Source: Lama guanicoe (Eukaryota). Taken from it: DNA of 36,313 nucleotides. Numbering within the stretch: position 1 is the first letter of the stretch; each line of letters begins with the position of its first letter. Below are positions 20,656 to 32,609 of this stretch, in pieces. Under the pieces are notes generated by a model. That model was not told the origin of the DNA. It did no database searches and worked only from the letters and a program-made list of their open reading frames with translations. A program made the position numbers and the translations under genes. Location of the stretch: the NCBI GenBank assembly GCA_013239625.1, contig MU053561.1, positions 3,798,283 through 3,834,595 of the forward strand, in the 5' to 3' direction.

Positions 20656-21269
20656 CTTCAGAATTAAGAAATCTTTTCATAGTTTTACTATGAGAGAAAA
20701 AGACCTTTCTGAATTAGAGACAGACAGACACACAGACAGACACACAGAGAGCTTATAGCTTTAAATCTGCAACTTCAGTCATAGGTAACAGATAAATACA
20801 GAAACCAAAAAACCCCTCACAATTATAGATACCAAAGAGCTGTTTTCCCAGTGTGTACTAAATGATTAATTGATTTTAGATAAAAAGGACAAACTGATAA
20901 ACAAACCAAAAAAACCCTACCAAAATGAATTATGTCATCTCTTGCAACAGAGACTAGATGTCTATTATCCATCTAAAGAAATCACCCAAATTGTGAGATC
21001 ATAGAACCAAATTTCCAATCGTTCCTACCAACAATGGGGAATAACTCTTTGGCCATAAGCAAAACAAAAACAAAAATCCAATCGGGAGGAATTAAGAAGA
21101 CTAGAGAAAAGCAGAGTTAGCAAAGTCAAACTTTACTACCACTTGGAACTCACCTGTGGGACTCAAGGAAAGGTATTTCTGGGTTCCCACAAGATGCACT
21201 CCTCAGGCAATGCAATTTACCCGGTTCTGTCAAGTACATCCATAGGGTAACTAGGGTAACCTCCAAAAC

Positions 21270-21687
21270 TGTTAAAGAATAAAACTTTTTAACCAAAGTA
21301 TAATCATGATTCATCCAAACATAAAATAAACTCATGCCAAAGGCTGTGTTTAACTCACTTATTAATATGAGAAACAGCAGGACGTTGTAACTAGTTCAGG
21401 AGCAATCAAAGAGGAGATACTTATACAGGCTGTCAGGAATGTGGAAATAAATGTGCTTAATTATATGAAACCACTTAATATCCACAGGGCAGTAATCAAG
21501 TGCATCTTATCCAAATACAGTGTGCGTTTCCATCGGCAAGACTAAAATGTATTATTAATTTCTACAACACACAGAGTTGTAACATAGCATAAAGACAATG
21601 AAAAGTGGAGATAATCCAGAAAGTGGTCTAGATAGGACACCGAGTAATCATCTTTGCCCCTTTCAAAGGTTTTCACAATTTTCAACA
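21270..21687 (-). mobile_element. 5' LTR of ERV copy A
   Basis: The minus strand begins TGTTGAAAA (21687) and ends TTTAACA (21270), giving TGTT/AACA termini. TATAA is at 21425..21421 and AATAAG at 21363..21358. It is followed 4 nt later by TGGAGGTT (PBS-like). Confidence 0.6.
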
Positions 21688-21689
21688 GA

Positions 21690-24380
21690 GAGCTTTATGG
21701 GCATTGGCTCCACAGATGTTCCTTTTCTCATATCTGATTAAACCAGAGTCTTTCTCAAATATGGCACTCCATCTTTCTCCAAATACAGTGGACGGCTTTG
21801 GTTGTAGAGTTAATGTTTCCAATTACATCCTGGTGAAAAGGAAGCGAGATGTTTACTGAACCTATACAATAACTGTACTGTTCCAGGAAAGCTAGGGGGC
21901 GCTGTAAGAGTCTCTGTAATGAAGGGTGAGGAGAGAGGAGTGGCAGGGAGAATTGGGTACCACTGTTTCACTTCAGGTAGAAAAGCAGAGTGCACTACAC
22001 GGACGGACAGAGATAGCTTAAGAAGAAAGACAAAGTGTCTTCTGAAAGATCCATTTAAGAAAAAAATAACACATAAAAACCACATGAACAATATGCCAAA
22101 CAAATAGCTCCAATTAAACTTACCTCATCAAGTTCACCCAGTCTAATAGAAGAACGTTATTAATTCTTCTGTTGCTGAGCTTTCTGTGCATCAGTCTGTC
22201 TTCATGAAGCTGTTTGCTTCCAGACTAAAACGAGACCCCGGAAGCCCCCCCAGTCCACTGGGATGGTCTGACGTTGTCTAAGCAGTGTCAGCTAGGGAGC
22301 TCGTACCTGAGAATCGATTCTCTGAAGTCTCAACAGTTCAAAGTCCCTGCTGCAATCCCTTCTGTGAAGCTCTGGGACGCCTTCTTAGTTGACAAGAGAA
22401 ACTCTAGCACATAGCTTATGAGAGAGCCATCAGGCACGCATCAGAGTCAAACAAAAATTACTTGGAAATAACAAAGACAGAAAGGCTGAGGTTAATTTAT
22501 TACAGTAACCAATACCATCAGAATACAAAAAAAATAAAATTCTATTGGGGTACATTTTATATGAGTTTGATGAATGGTTCCCTCTGAGAATAAAAACATG
22601 TCATGGACAGTGAATGCGTTGAAAAGTTTCCAAGGATTTCACATACAGCATACAGTTTTTAAAAACATTTGTGTTAGTAATAGTTTATCTGTTCTAACTT
22701 AATTCATGGAAGACTTTTTATGATTTGGTAATTCTTCTTATGCAGCTCTTATAATAATGCTGAGCTGGTTAAGAAATATGGGCCATGTCACATAAATCTA
22801 ATTATTTCTAATATTGCTCCTTTTACAAGACAAGATAACAAATTGTTGCCACTTTCCGTGGGCCTTTTGGGTTATATCAAAGATACATTTAGGTATAAAT
22901 AATATTCTGGAAACTCTATTTTATTTTTTTCTAAAGTAAAGGAGAAGATTTGGTCACTTGATTAAGACAGGATCTTGGATGACTGAGAAACCACGCTAAC
23001 TTACCAGCTTAATCTAATGACAATAAAATATTTTAAAATTAATGGAAGAAAATAATACAATTCTGCAGAAACTCAGCCCTTTCGCATGCAAAGAAATGTT
23101 GTTTTTTAATAATCAAAAACATCACAGAGTCAACATAAAACACAGAAAATTATTCTGCAAAGACATGGAATCTTTGATTTCTAGGTAGATTACAGAGATA
23201 GTTAAAAATAATAAACTTTCACATCGTAAATGAGGGCATTAATCAAAAACCCAAGGAAGCAAGGCCACCAAAATTTTACCAGAGTTCGTAATTTATTTTC
23301 AAACTGAGGTGCTTTAAGCCAAAGCAAATAAAATGGACTTTCCTCGTGTTCTGTCCTTCATTCTTATTCTGACTCTAACAAATGCTCATTTTAAGACTAC
23401 ACTATTCTTTTTCCCTTAAAAAGTCAAAACACATGGAGTGGTTTTTCTTTGTCACTATTGTTCTTACATAGTTTTAACCACTTATATTATTATTACTTTA
23501 ATCAAAGTAATTAGTTTCTGTTTTACAGTGAAAACTGGGTGATAGATGATGGACCTCCATCATATACAAGCATTTTTAACAGGTCAGAAAAGGTCTGGAA
23601 AACACAAAACACAACTTTCTACAGCCACCCAATCCTTTTATACCTTCTAAAAGTGGCAAAAATAAGCATGCTTACTGAGTGACCGCCAAATACAACCACC
23701 CTACAGCATATGAAAAAGAAAGCGAAAGTGAATAAATAATCAACCCTCATATCCAGTATTTTCCTCTTATTGGCTCAATTTAATATTACTTTAAGCATAC
23801 AACAAAACGTAATTCCTGTAGCTATAAAAAATTGAAAAAAAATTAAGTTTCTATTGTCACTCAAGGGGCACTCTGGGAACAAAAAACAAGTCATGTGTAG
23901 GCATAAACAGCCCAGGAGGGGGACGTCCCTTGCAGAGCAGTTTGCCTGGCTCCTCAGGAGAGTACGCTGGCGCATCTTGGTGGTGAGTGCCCAAACCTAA
24001 CGATACTATTGTCAAGTGGTAAATTCATGATTCTCATGGAAGTTTAAAATGAACATGTACCACAGATGTTATGTAATCCTTTAACCCAGTAAGATGTTAA
24101 AATCAGTTTAATTCAGGATTTGACTTAGAGTAGTTTGTAGTCTCAATGAGACAAAATTTATTTGCATAGTTATGGGAAGGCATCATTTGCTGTGGAAGAA
24201 GACATCTTCATTACTATCCATTTTCCACAACTTAACTTCTAATTCTAGAGCTGTGAAATAGCCTAGTGAACCAAAGGCAATCAGAGGTTCACAGTCGGTG
24301 TAGAGTTAGACCGTCCCTGACAGTCACGCCAGGCAAGGTCAGCATTTCACAGAAGGTACTCCTAGTAATTGCTTTATCCC
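21690..24380 (-). mobile_element. Non-autonomous ERV1-type internal sequence, copy B
   Basis: Diverged, collinear homology to copy A. Examples: TCATGAAGCTGT…ACTAAAA…CAGTCCACTG (~22200-22260 vs ~17665-17720), AATTATTTCTAAT (~22800 vs ~19302), GATTTGG(T/A)CACTTGA(T/G)TAAGA (~22947 vs ~19495) and CAGAAAATTAT (~23143 vs ~19701). Confidence 0.65.
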
Positions 24381-24399
24381 CAAGGAGGCTTTTTTGGAG

Positions 24400-24860
24400 G
24401 ATTTAAAGTATCTGTGTGTGTGTGCGTGTGTGTGTAGTGCAGGTGGAGGGTATTAACGTATCAGCAATAAGACCACATTTGGACAGCCTTCTACTCCATG
24501 CCAAAAAATATGGTTTTTACTCTGTGTTCATTAATACGATTCTGAAGCAGGGAGGTGACATGATCATTTTACACATTAAAAGCAAATCACGCTGGTCTCA
24601 GTGGAGGATAGTTCAGAGAGGAAAGAGTTGGAGGTGGGAGTCCAGTTTGGAGGTTGGTGTGGTGATCCTGGGAATTAATAGTCAGGAAGAGAATGAGATG
24701 AGTCGTTTCCAGAGTAAAACGAAGGTAGACCCCACTAGTGCTTGGCAAGGTAAGAAATTCAGAGACAGGAAGCATCCAAGACTACTTAAGGTTTCTAACT
24801 TGTAGCCATTGTTGGTCTGGGAATGCCAGAGGGGCAGCAGGTCCCCGAAGAATGAGGTGA
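24400..24860 (-). mobile_element. L2 fragment (continuation of 16565-16855)
   Basis: CAGCCTTCTACTCCATGCC…GGTTTTTACTCT…TGAAGCAGGGAGGTGACATGATC…ATCACGCTGG…TCCAAGACTACTTAAGGTTTCTAACTTG. Confidence 0.7.
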
Positions 24861-25887
24861 GTCGGCCATGACAGAAGACCTGGCATCCTTCTATGTCAGC
24901 ATCTAATAGAGAGCGGAAGCGGGTGTTGGAGGTTAAGGCAAATGCTCAGGGCTGGGAATGAGGTATCAGAGCCAGAGCGGCTGTGTGGCAGCTGGCGAGG
25001 AAGAGAGGAGCAGGTGGAGAGTGAGTCCTGGCAAAGAGGAAAAGGAGCCATGATGAGAGCTGGGAAGCAGAGGTCATGGAGGTTAGGAGCACGGTCCCTT
25101 CCTCTGGCCCTTTGTTCTACTACTTGTGACATTTATTAACACGTCCTACTTTTTTGAGGCTTCTTGGGGATATCTCTTCCTTAACCAATCACATTTCCCC
25201 TGTGCAGCTCCAGGACCTCGCCTGGAGCCTCCAACACAGTTGCCACTCAATACGTGTTGAGTAAATTAGGGAAAAGAACAAGGAGACAATGAGGGGACTG
25301 GAGGAGTGCTGAGCCACAGAGGAGAAACTGGGGAAATGGTCCGCTGGAAAGGTCTTAAGAGAAGCATCAGGACCACACAGAAAATTGGGGGGGGGGTAGG
25401 TAGGGAGGTGCGCCTGGGGGGCACCAATGAAGGTGGGGTGAAAACTTCCTCCACTCTCATTGCGTTGTGCCCAAATACAGCCCCTCACAGTTCACCTGCA
25501 GGAGCGGGGCTGCCTGCATTGAGCCACAAGCCAGTGCGCTGCCTTGTGACCACATGTGTAGTGAGCATCCTTGTAGGGAGGCTCCCTTAGAACTGGTCTC
25601 CTTCTGGATCACCCTACATTGCTAGTTGGTCACCCAAAGAAGGTGCTGACCCATTATCACCAATGAAAATATGCAACTCACCAAGAGACTGAAAGTTTCC
25701 ACCTCTGGTTTCATCCCTGTGAACAGGGTGACCACAGAGTCTCTGTCAATGTGCACACTGACTCACCTGCTCTCCTGTGGCTGTTTGATGCCTTTCTCAC
25801 TTTATAGTCATTGGCTGTCACTACAGAACTAGTATTTAAAAGTGGAGGTTTTATATTTGTCAGTTGCCAGCTTTTTACAGTGTTGCT

Positions 25888-25922
25888 TTTTCTTTTTTCT
25901 TTTTTTCTTTTTTTTTTTTTTT
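25888..25922. repeat. Poly(T)/pyrimidine tract
   Basis: Direct reading: T-runs separated by single C residues. Confidence 0.9.
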
Positions 25923-26424
25923 CAAATCTTTGATACTTTATCCTTGATTTCTGTTACATTAAAGCCATAGGAGCCAGGGGTGGGACTGAGGCATTCAGAG
26001 TGATGTGGTCTGCCCTGGATGAGAAAGAGCAAACTCCCCATCTTATTTCTACTCCTCATCTTATTTCTCTAGCAAAAGTGCAGTAATGATTTAACTTTTT
26101 AAACATTCTGTACTTAACACTCAGGGTCCTAGTATGGTGGAAAACATAATAAACATTTAAGCAGCATTTTCCAAATATGTCAAATCTCATCCCAAACGTA
26201 TCAATAAGATCAAATAGTTTAAATTCCTCCCACCTCTTTTGACTACGAAGAGCCCTTTAAAATGCCAGTTTAGTGCAGCCTCACAAGAATATCTGAACTT
26301 TTAATGAACATTCTGATGATTGAAATAACATTCTGACCAAAAGCGCTTATGAATTCAGTAACTCTGAATTTGCAATTCATTAATTACAATGATGTAGATT
26401 GTTACACTATCGGTCCGAAAAGAA

Positions 26425-26807
26425 CCAACGTTCTGATTTAGTTTCCTGCCACACTGACTCTGGTTGGTGTGATCTGCTCCGCCAAGGGAACAGCAATAAA
26501 CTTGATACAACAGCAGCTTGGTAAGTGCTTGCCCACTGGGGTTTGCCTTCTTGGAGCCCAGCTGCCATCACGTAAGGAAGCTGGTCTAGCTTTGCAAGGG
26601 GAGAGAAAGGCCCGGCTGTCCCAGCTGAGCTGTCAGTCCAGTCCCCAGCTGACTGCCAGCTGAATGCAGCCACGTGAGTGATCCCAGGCAGAACCAGCAG
26701 TACCGCCCAGTCAGCCAATGGAGCCATGAGCAATGACAGATCATTGTTGGTTTAAGCCATTCAGTTCTGGAGTAGCTTGTTACACAGCAATAGAAAATCT
26801 GAATACA
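26425..26807 (+). mobile_element. MLT1 (H/I/J-like) MaLR LTR
   Basis: The 3' end …GCCCAGTCAGCC…CATTGTTGGTTTAAGCCATTCAGTTCTGGAGTAGCTTGTTACACAGCAATAGAAAATCTGAATACA is the canonical MLT1 terminus. Confidence 0.8.
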
Positions 26808-28604
26808 ATGGTATTTACATAACTTGAAATATACCAGTCTATGAATGAATGAGGTGGCTCAGTCATTCATTTAATAACTATTTTCCAGGGGCTGCTAAGT
26901 GCACATTATCCAGCCTACCCTCAGAGCTGGCTTAGCGTAAGCATCTATGGACACTTGATAACAAGCCTGAGCCCCAGAAAGTCTAAAATCACAAGTAGGG
27001 AATGGAGTCTTAAATTACGATAATATTCTATACAGAGTATTTTCAAAGTTAGAAAAAAAAAAATGAGAAGCGCTTCCCCACCCCCACATTAGGTCTGTAA
27101 TGCAAGCCGACCCTTTAATTGTGGTGGTTTAATCACTGGTCTGAAAATAAAGACTGAGTTGTGGTTTTGTATCTGCCTGAGCTAATCATTTTTCTTTCCT
27201 CGCCCCATGATTATTTGCTGTACTATGAGTTCTGGTCAAACAGTTTGTCTTTAACAGTGACTAATCTTGTGTTAATGTAGCCCTTTACAGTTTATAAAGT
27301 GTTCTTTATTCTACAAAGCACTTTCACGTTCATTATCTCATTAAACTTTGGAGAAATCCAGGGAGGTCATTTGCTCCAGGCCCCTTGGAGCAAACATGCA
27401 TGTACAGGGTCAGTGCAAATCTGTCACCACTGTTGGACAAATGGTTTTGAGGGCAGACCTTATGAGTGGTTGGGCATTTTCATAAACTTATATTAAAGAT
27501 GATGCTTTCATAAATGACATCTTCATAATACAATTTGAAAAGTGACGCTCTTTCATCCACAGTGTTAATGCTTTTTCAATTAGCATTTTAGGTCAATTTG
27601 TTTTGTTTTCTGGAACTTTTAATTAAGACAGAAAAACTTTAATATCTCACATCCTTCACAATATACATTAAGTGTTTGGATTTTTCTCTCTCTGAGGCCC
27701 CCTTTCCCTCAGGGATATTTTAGCCAGAAGAATGTGATTCGAAGATTTCCAGATGTGACTTTTCAGATGTGTCTCAGCATGCATCTATAAACCATCTGGT
27801 AGCAGCAACAGCTGGACTGGTTCCAAATGTAAATGTACGTTCAGGTAAAAGCGTATTAATAAAAGAAAGTGGACTGATCAGTGGTTTGTCAACTAAGTTT
27901 GTGATATTGTTTAATCAGCTGTTGAAATGAACTCTCATTAACCAAGACAGGCTGTCAAAATTCTAGAATCAGTTTCCCTTTTTGCTCGAGGTGGGCATTC
28001 CTTATGTAGATATTCCAAATCTGTAGCTAGGTTAGAAATTATTTGTGTTTCATTTTAGAGTTGACTCGGCTTTATTTAAGTGTTCTGAAGCATCCATGGC
28101 GTTGCCTTTACAAACATTAAAATACCTTTGCATCCCCATGTCTTTCCAGCCCATGAAAGAAAGGACTGTCTCTGAAATGACAGTTAGTGGAAACAGCAGT
28201 GGAAACAGTTAGTGGTCTCTGGGGTGCTGGTAAATGTATATTTTGATCATCCAGCTTCTGACTCAGGAAACTGCATAAAGCATAAGTGAGTGGCAACATT
28301 CCCTAGTTCCTGGAATGAAAAATAATATCCTCCAGGCATCAGACTCCAGGACCTTCAACAGGGTGTGATCATCTCATGAATTCAGCTTCTTTTTCAGGGG
28401 GAAGTTTATGACAGTTATGGCAGGAACCGGGATGAACTTTCCCTAGCTCTAAGCTAAGTTTTAATTCTGCAAATTAACAACAATAAATATAATTAGCAAA
28501 AGTATGAAAATTAATTTAAAATTTTCAGGGAGAATATTCCAGCTACATTTTAAAAAATTACTTCCAAGCACCTCAAAAGCAATTGATTTTGTAATTTAAA
28601 GATG

Positions 28605-28855
28605 ACAATAATGGCAAACATCTACTAAGCATTCACTATGAGCTATGTACTTTGTCATTTGATTCATAGACTATTCCATTTGACTATCACATTGAACCTA
28701 TGGAGCTCTCTCATTAATCTTAATTGTACAGAAGAAGAAACCAAGGTGTAGGGTATTAAGAAATTTGCCCAAAGTCATAGATCTTGTAAATGACAGTTGA
28801 ACTGGAACTTGAACTGAACTAAATTGATCTAAAACTTCACATCCTCAAACATTTC
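28605..28855 (-). mobile_element. MIR (near full length, degenerate)
   Basis: TTGTACAGAAGAAGAAACCAAGG…TTAAGAAATTTGCCCAAAGTCATAGATCTTGTAAATGACAG…GAACTTGAAC. Confidence 0.75.
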
Positions 28856-28889
28856 AACTATTTAATTATAATACTATTTAGTTATGGCT

Positions 28890-30520
28890 ATTCATTCATT
28901 TATTCACTCATTCCTCCACAAGAAGCTTTTTGACTGCTGGAGAGTTGCAATTTAATAATGCTTGATCTCTCCTCTTAAGAATTTTTCAGTCAATGACGAG
29001 ACGACAAATAAAAGTCAGAAGGATGTACGCAACGGTAGACATGTGCAAAGTGTGCTGTGAGAGCACCAAGGAAGGGGGTTTAAGTCAGAATAACAAAGTC
29101 TTCTGAGAACAAAGTCCCTTGTGGAGGCGTGTGTGATGGTCACAGAGAGAGGAGGGGAAGGGCACAGCAGGAACACGACACGGACAGCTAGCCATCCGGA
29201 GCCTGCTTAGATCTCCTAACCTTGTATCTATGCCTCAGAATTGTATTTGTCTTTAAATCTGGGGAGAAATGGAAGGACTTAAACATGAGGGCAGAGGATG
29301 CACATGGAGACAGGCTCCAACTGTATGTCAGAGGAAATTATTTGGAAAGCATCACGGAGAGTGGATTTGAGAGGAGTCAGACCAAAGGAGGGAGAGTCTT
29401 TAGATAATGTAGGTCACATGTGACAAAGGCATGAATTAAAGCAGTGATGGTGGGAGGAAGGAGGGCTTGGACAGAAATGGTGGTAAAGAGATGGGATCAG
29501 CTGGTCTTGAAGATGAGTTGTGACTGGAGGGAAAGGGCATGGACTGGGTGGTGAGGGAGACAGGTACGTCTAAGAGAAGCCACTCATCTCTGGCTGGAGC
29601 AGCTGTGTGGATGGTGGATGCCTTTCTACAAAGCCAACGTCACAGAGGGAGCAGGAGGAGGTTAGGTGGAAAGGTGATGAGTTCAGTTCTGGTCATGGTG
29701 GTCTTCAGTTTGGGATGAGGTACTTAATAAGCTAATATTTCACAAAGAGCTTAGAGCAGTACCTGCCACACAATATATAGGGTTTTGTTACATAAAAAGT
29801 GAGTTGTCTGGTAGACAATTAGATACCACATGTTGTTATGGAGCTCAAAGGAGAAATCTGGGCTGGATACACAGATCTGGGATCATCAGTATACAAATGG
29901 TGGTGGCCACCATGGGCCGCCCTGAGGGTGCTCGAGGGTGCTGTATAGCATGGGCAGAGGGGCCCGGGAGGGAACAGACAGAGAGTGATGAGAGAAAACA
30001 GGAGTATGTGGTGTTCAGAGGCAAGGCAGGAAGGGACTGCAAGAAAAAGAAAGTAATTAATATTATCAGTGACTCACAAAGGCCTGATAAGATATAGACT
30101 GAAAGTTGTCCATTGGATTTAACTGTATGGAGATCAGTAGTGATCATAATGAGAACAGTTCTGGTGATGGGAGAGGGGGCAGCAGTAAGGACAAAGTAAA
30201 GGGAGACAAAAGGATGCAGATAAGGTGACTTCCTTCCAGAGTTATAGAGAATAAGGGTGAGATTTGGGTGTAGGTGTAAGATTGAGGGAGGTTGGTTGGT
30301 TTGTGTTTTCAAGATGGAAGAGTCTTGAGCCTCTTCTTGGCTGAGCAGGGAGAGAGGAAGAGGGCAGGCTGATGGAACATGAAGGGAGAAAGAAATGGGA
30401 CCCAGAGTTCAAAGGAGAGATGTTCTATGGATGGTGGAGGACCACAGGAAAGGGAGGTGGATGAGGACAAGAAGGCAGTAGGGCTGGAGGAGGAAAGGAG
30501 CCTCTTGGACACCCAATTCA
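28890..30520 (-). mobile_element. Long L2 fragment reaching into the ORF2 reverse transcriptase
   Basis: (TTCA)n tail at ~28890. ORF 29845..30312 'ITRTVLIMITTDLHTVKSNGQLSVYILSGL' resembles L2 RT 'TETALVKVTNDLHVAKSNGQFSVLILLDL'. A small MIR-tail-like insert sits at ~29720-29790. Confidence 0.8.
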
Positions 30521-30544
30521 AAGTCTCTTGGTCAATTCTTATCT

Positions 30545-31000
30545 CTGTAGAAGTAGTTCAGCACTGGATTCTATTACCACTCCTTCCTTGCAGACAATGC
30601 CTTCACTTGCTTCTGTTATACAGGAATGGGCTGGTTTACCTCTTCCACTCAGGTCCACTTTTTTCTGTCTTCTCCTCAGGTGCTTCTTTTTACCTCCCAG
30701 CCCTTGGATGTTCCCTAAGGAATCATCCTTCATGCTATTTCCCTCTGTCTCAACATCCTCTCTCTGGACAGTAACATCCATGCTTTTAGAGTCCCTTGCT
30801 ACCTGCCAGCTGGTGTCTCCATCAGAATCTTGCCTGCTCAGGTTACTCCTCTCCAAGGCGTTTTATGCATTTATGTACCACTGCATGATTGACACATTTC
30901 AAGAGTTCTGATTAGGGCCTTCCCTTGCTCAGAAACCCCCGATGACCAAATCCCAACCAACCCTTCCAACCCTACTTCCTACCACTCGGAGATTCTGCCT
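30545..31000 (+). mobile_element. L2 ORF2 fragment, opposite orientation
   Basis: ACCACTCCTTCCTTGCAGAC…TTCACTTGCTTC…CTGGTTTACCTC…GATGTTCCCTAAGG… parallels the sense L2 RT region. Confidence 0.6.
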
Positions 31001-31819
31001 AACTCACTTATTAGCAAAGAGACAGCCCTGTGATTCTCACCATTCTCATCTTTAGTGTATTTTAGCAGAATGAAATATTAAAAGTTGTGAGAGGCAATCA
31101 ATCTAGCAGGAGAGACTGGCTTACCTCCTTGGGGCTGTTCTCTGAAGGCAGCATTGATCTGGGAGACAGGGGGCTTGGCTACAGAGGTAAAGAAGGAGGC
31201 AGTGAGGTGAAGCCAAGGTCATGGGGCTAAAGAGTAGAATAGCAAGGAGGAAGATCCAAGGGGGAAGGGCTTCCCCAAAACCCCTGTGAAGTCAAGTCAG
31301 CCTTCCCTCCAGCTCAAGGGGGACAGCAAAGCAATGCTTGTTCTGACCTCGGGACCACTGGGTGTATCCACGCTTGACAACCATTGGGTCGTTTTGCATG
31401 TATTTTCCACCACTGTGGGTTGTATCAGTGGGGTTAAAGTGAATGTCTCATGGCTTCTTGTACACACCACTCCAGACTTCCCTGCTTCTGTGTCTTTGCT
31501 CCTGCTGTGTCCTGTGGGGACCTGTGTCTTTCCCCTTGCCAGACACCCTTCACACACTTCTCCACATCTGCCACCCCAGTCTTCGAGAGCTGGCTCAGAT
31601 GCCATCTGACACATGACTATCCCCATCATCTCCCAGTGGGTAGTGATTTCTCCCTTCCCAGAACGTATATTTTGATCAGAATCACCTAGAGGTCCATTTT
31701 TTTTTCAGAACCAATGGCTGTTCCTGAAGAACCAGGAATGATCTTTATTCCTCAGCACCAAAGGAGCAAAGGGAACAGGGGAAAGGAAAGAGAACAGCCC
31801 ACTCTCCTCCCCACCTCTC

Positions 31820-32398
31820 CACTGTAACTTACTAATCGCAAAGGAGAAACCTACCTTAACAGCCTGGAGGTCTGGCTGGTCACCGTCTTGGCCCTGGAAT
31901 CAAATTTAGCATCGAAGGAGACAGGAAGTGTGTGTGTGTGGTAGGCAAGCTGGGAGTGGGGGTGGGTGGGAAATAGTCTGTTCTAGATTTTTAAAAATTT
32001 AAGAGGCATAACAACTAAATGCATCTTTGATTGGATCCCTATTCCAAAAAAAAGTTACAAGATATATTTTTGGCAGTAATTAGGGAAACTTTGACATGAA
32101 CTAGATACTAGATGATATCAGGAAACTGTTCATTTGGTTAGTGTATTATGTTAATGCAGTTATGTGAAAGAATGGCTTCTTTTGGAAATGCCTCTTGAAA
32201 TATTTGGGAATAAAAGGTCATTAGGTCTGCAATAGTTCAGCATATATGTATGTATACGCGCACACACATATAACATATGTAATATGAATAATATATAATA
32301 CAGCAAAATGCTAACTAGCTGGTAGGCTGTTCATTGTGCTGTTCACACCACTCTTCGATAGGCATGAAATCTTTCACAATAAAAAAGTTTAAGTAAAA
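31820..32398 (+). mobile_element. Old L1 (L1MC4/5- or L1ME3-like) 3'UTR
   Basis: CATAACAACTAAATGCA…TTGATTGGATCC…TAGATGATATCAGGAAACTGTT…GTTCATTGTGCT…TTTCACAATAAAAAAGTTT. Confidence 0.7.
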
Positions 32399-32609
32399 GG
32401 ATAGAGTTAAGAAGTGACACCAGACTGCTCGGCCAGGTAGAGAGAAGAAATCAGGGCTAGGACAGGCTGAACCCCCCCCCCAATATGCTGAGAGAGCGGT
32501 GGTCTCGGGTTTGGGTACAGGGGTCCTCACTGGCGGTAAAGATATTCCTTTCACCTCAATGGTGAGAAGGGAAATGAAAGGGGACCTGTTCATTCTTTCA
32601 TTAAAGAAA

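Larger units (their letters stand above)
16900..21269 (-). mobile_element. Non-autonomous ERV1-type internal sequence, copy A (MER4-group-like), with several later insertions
   Basis: AT-rich, non-coding, and collinear with 21850-23400. It leads to a leader with a splice donor (21156..21148), a PBS-like motif (21265..21248) and an LTR. Confidence 0.65.

Noticed and set aside
24307..24331. PBS-like TGGCGTGACTGTCAGGGA (minus strand) for ERV copy B
   Set aside because: It only loosely resembles a tRNA-Ser PBS, and no LTR-terminal CA or recognisable LTR is adjacent.
25888..25960. Poly(T) as the tail of a minus-strand retrocopy
   Set aside because: No TSD, canonical poly(A) signal or recognisable transcript next to it.
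27755..27850. Possible small exon (TTTTCAG…TTCAG|GTAAAA)
   Set aside because: Weak donor, no recognisable peptide, and no partner exons. Such motifs are frequent by chance.
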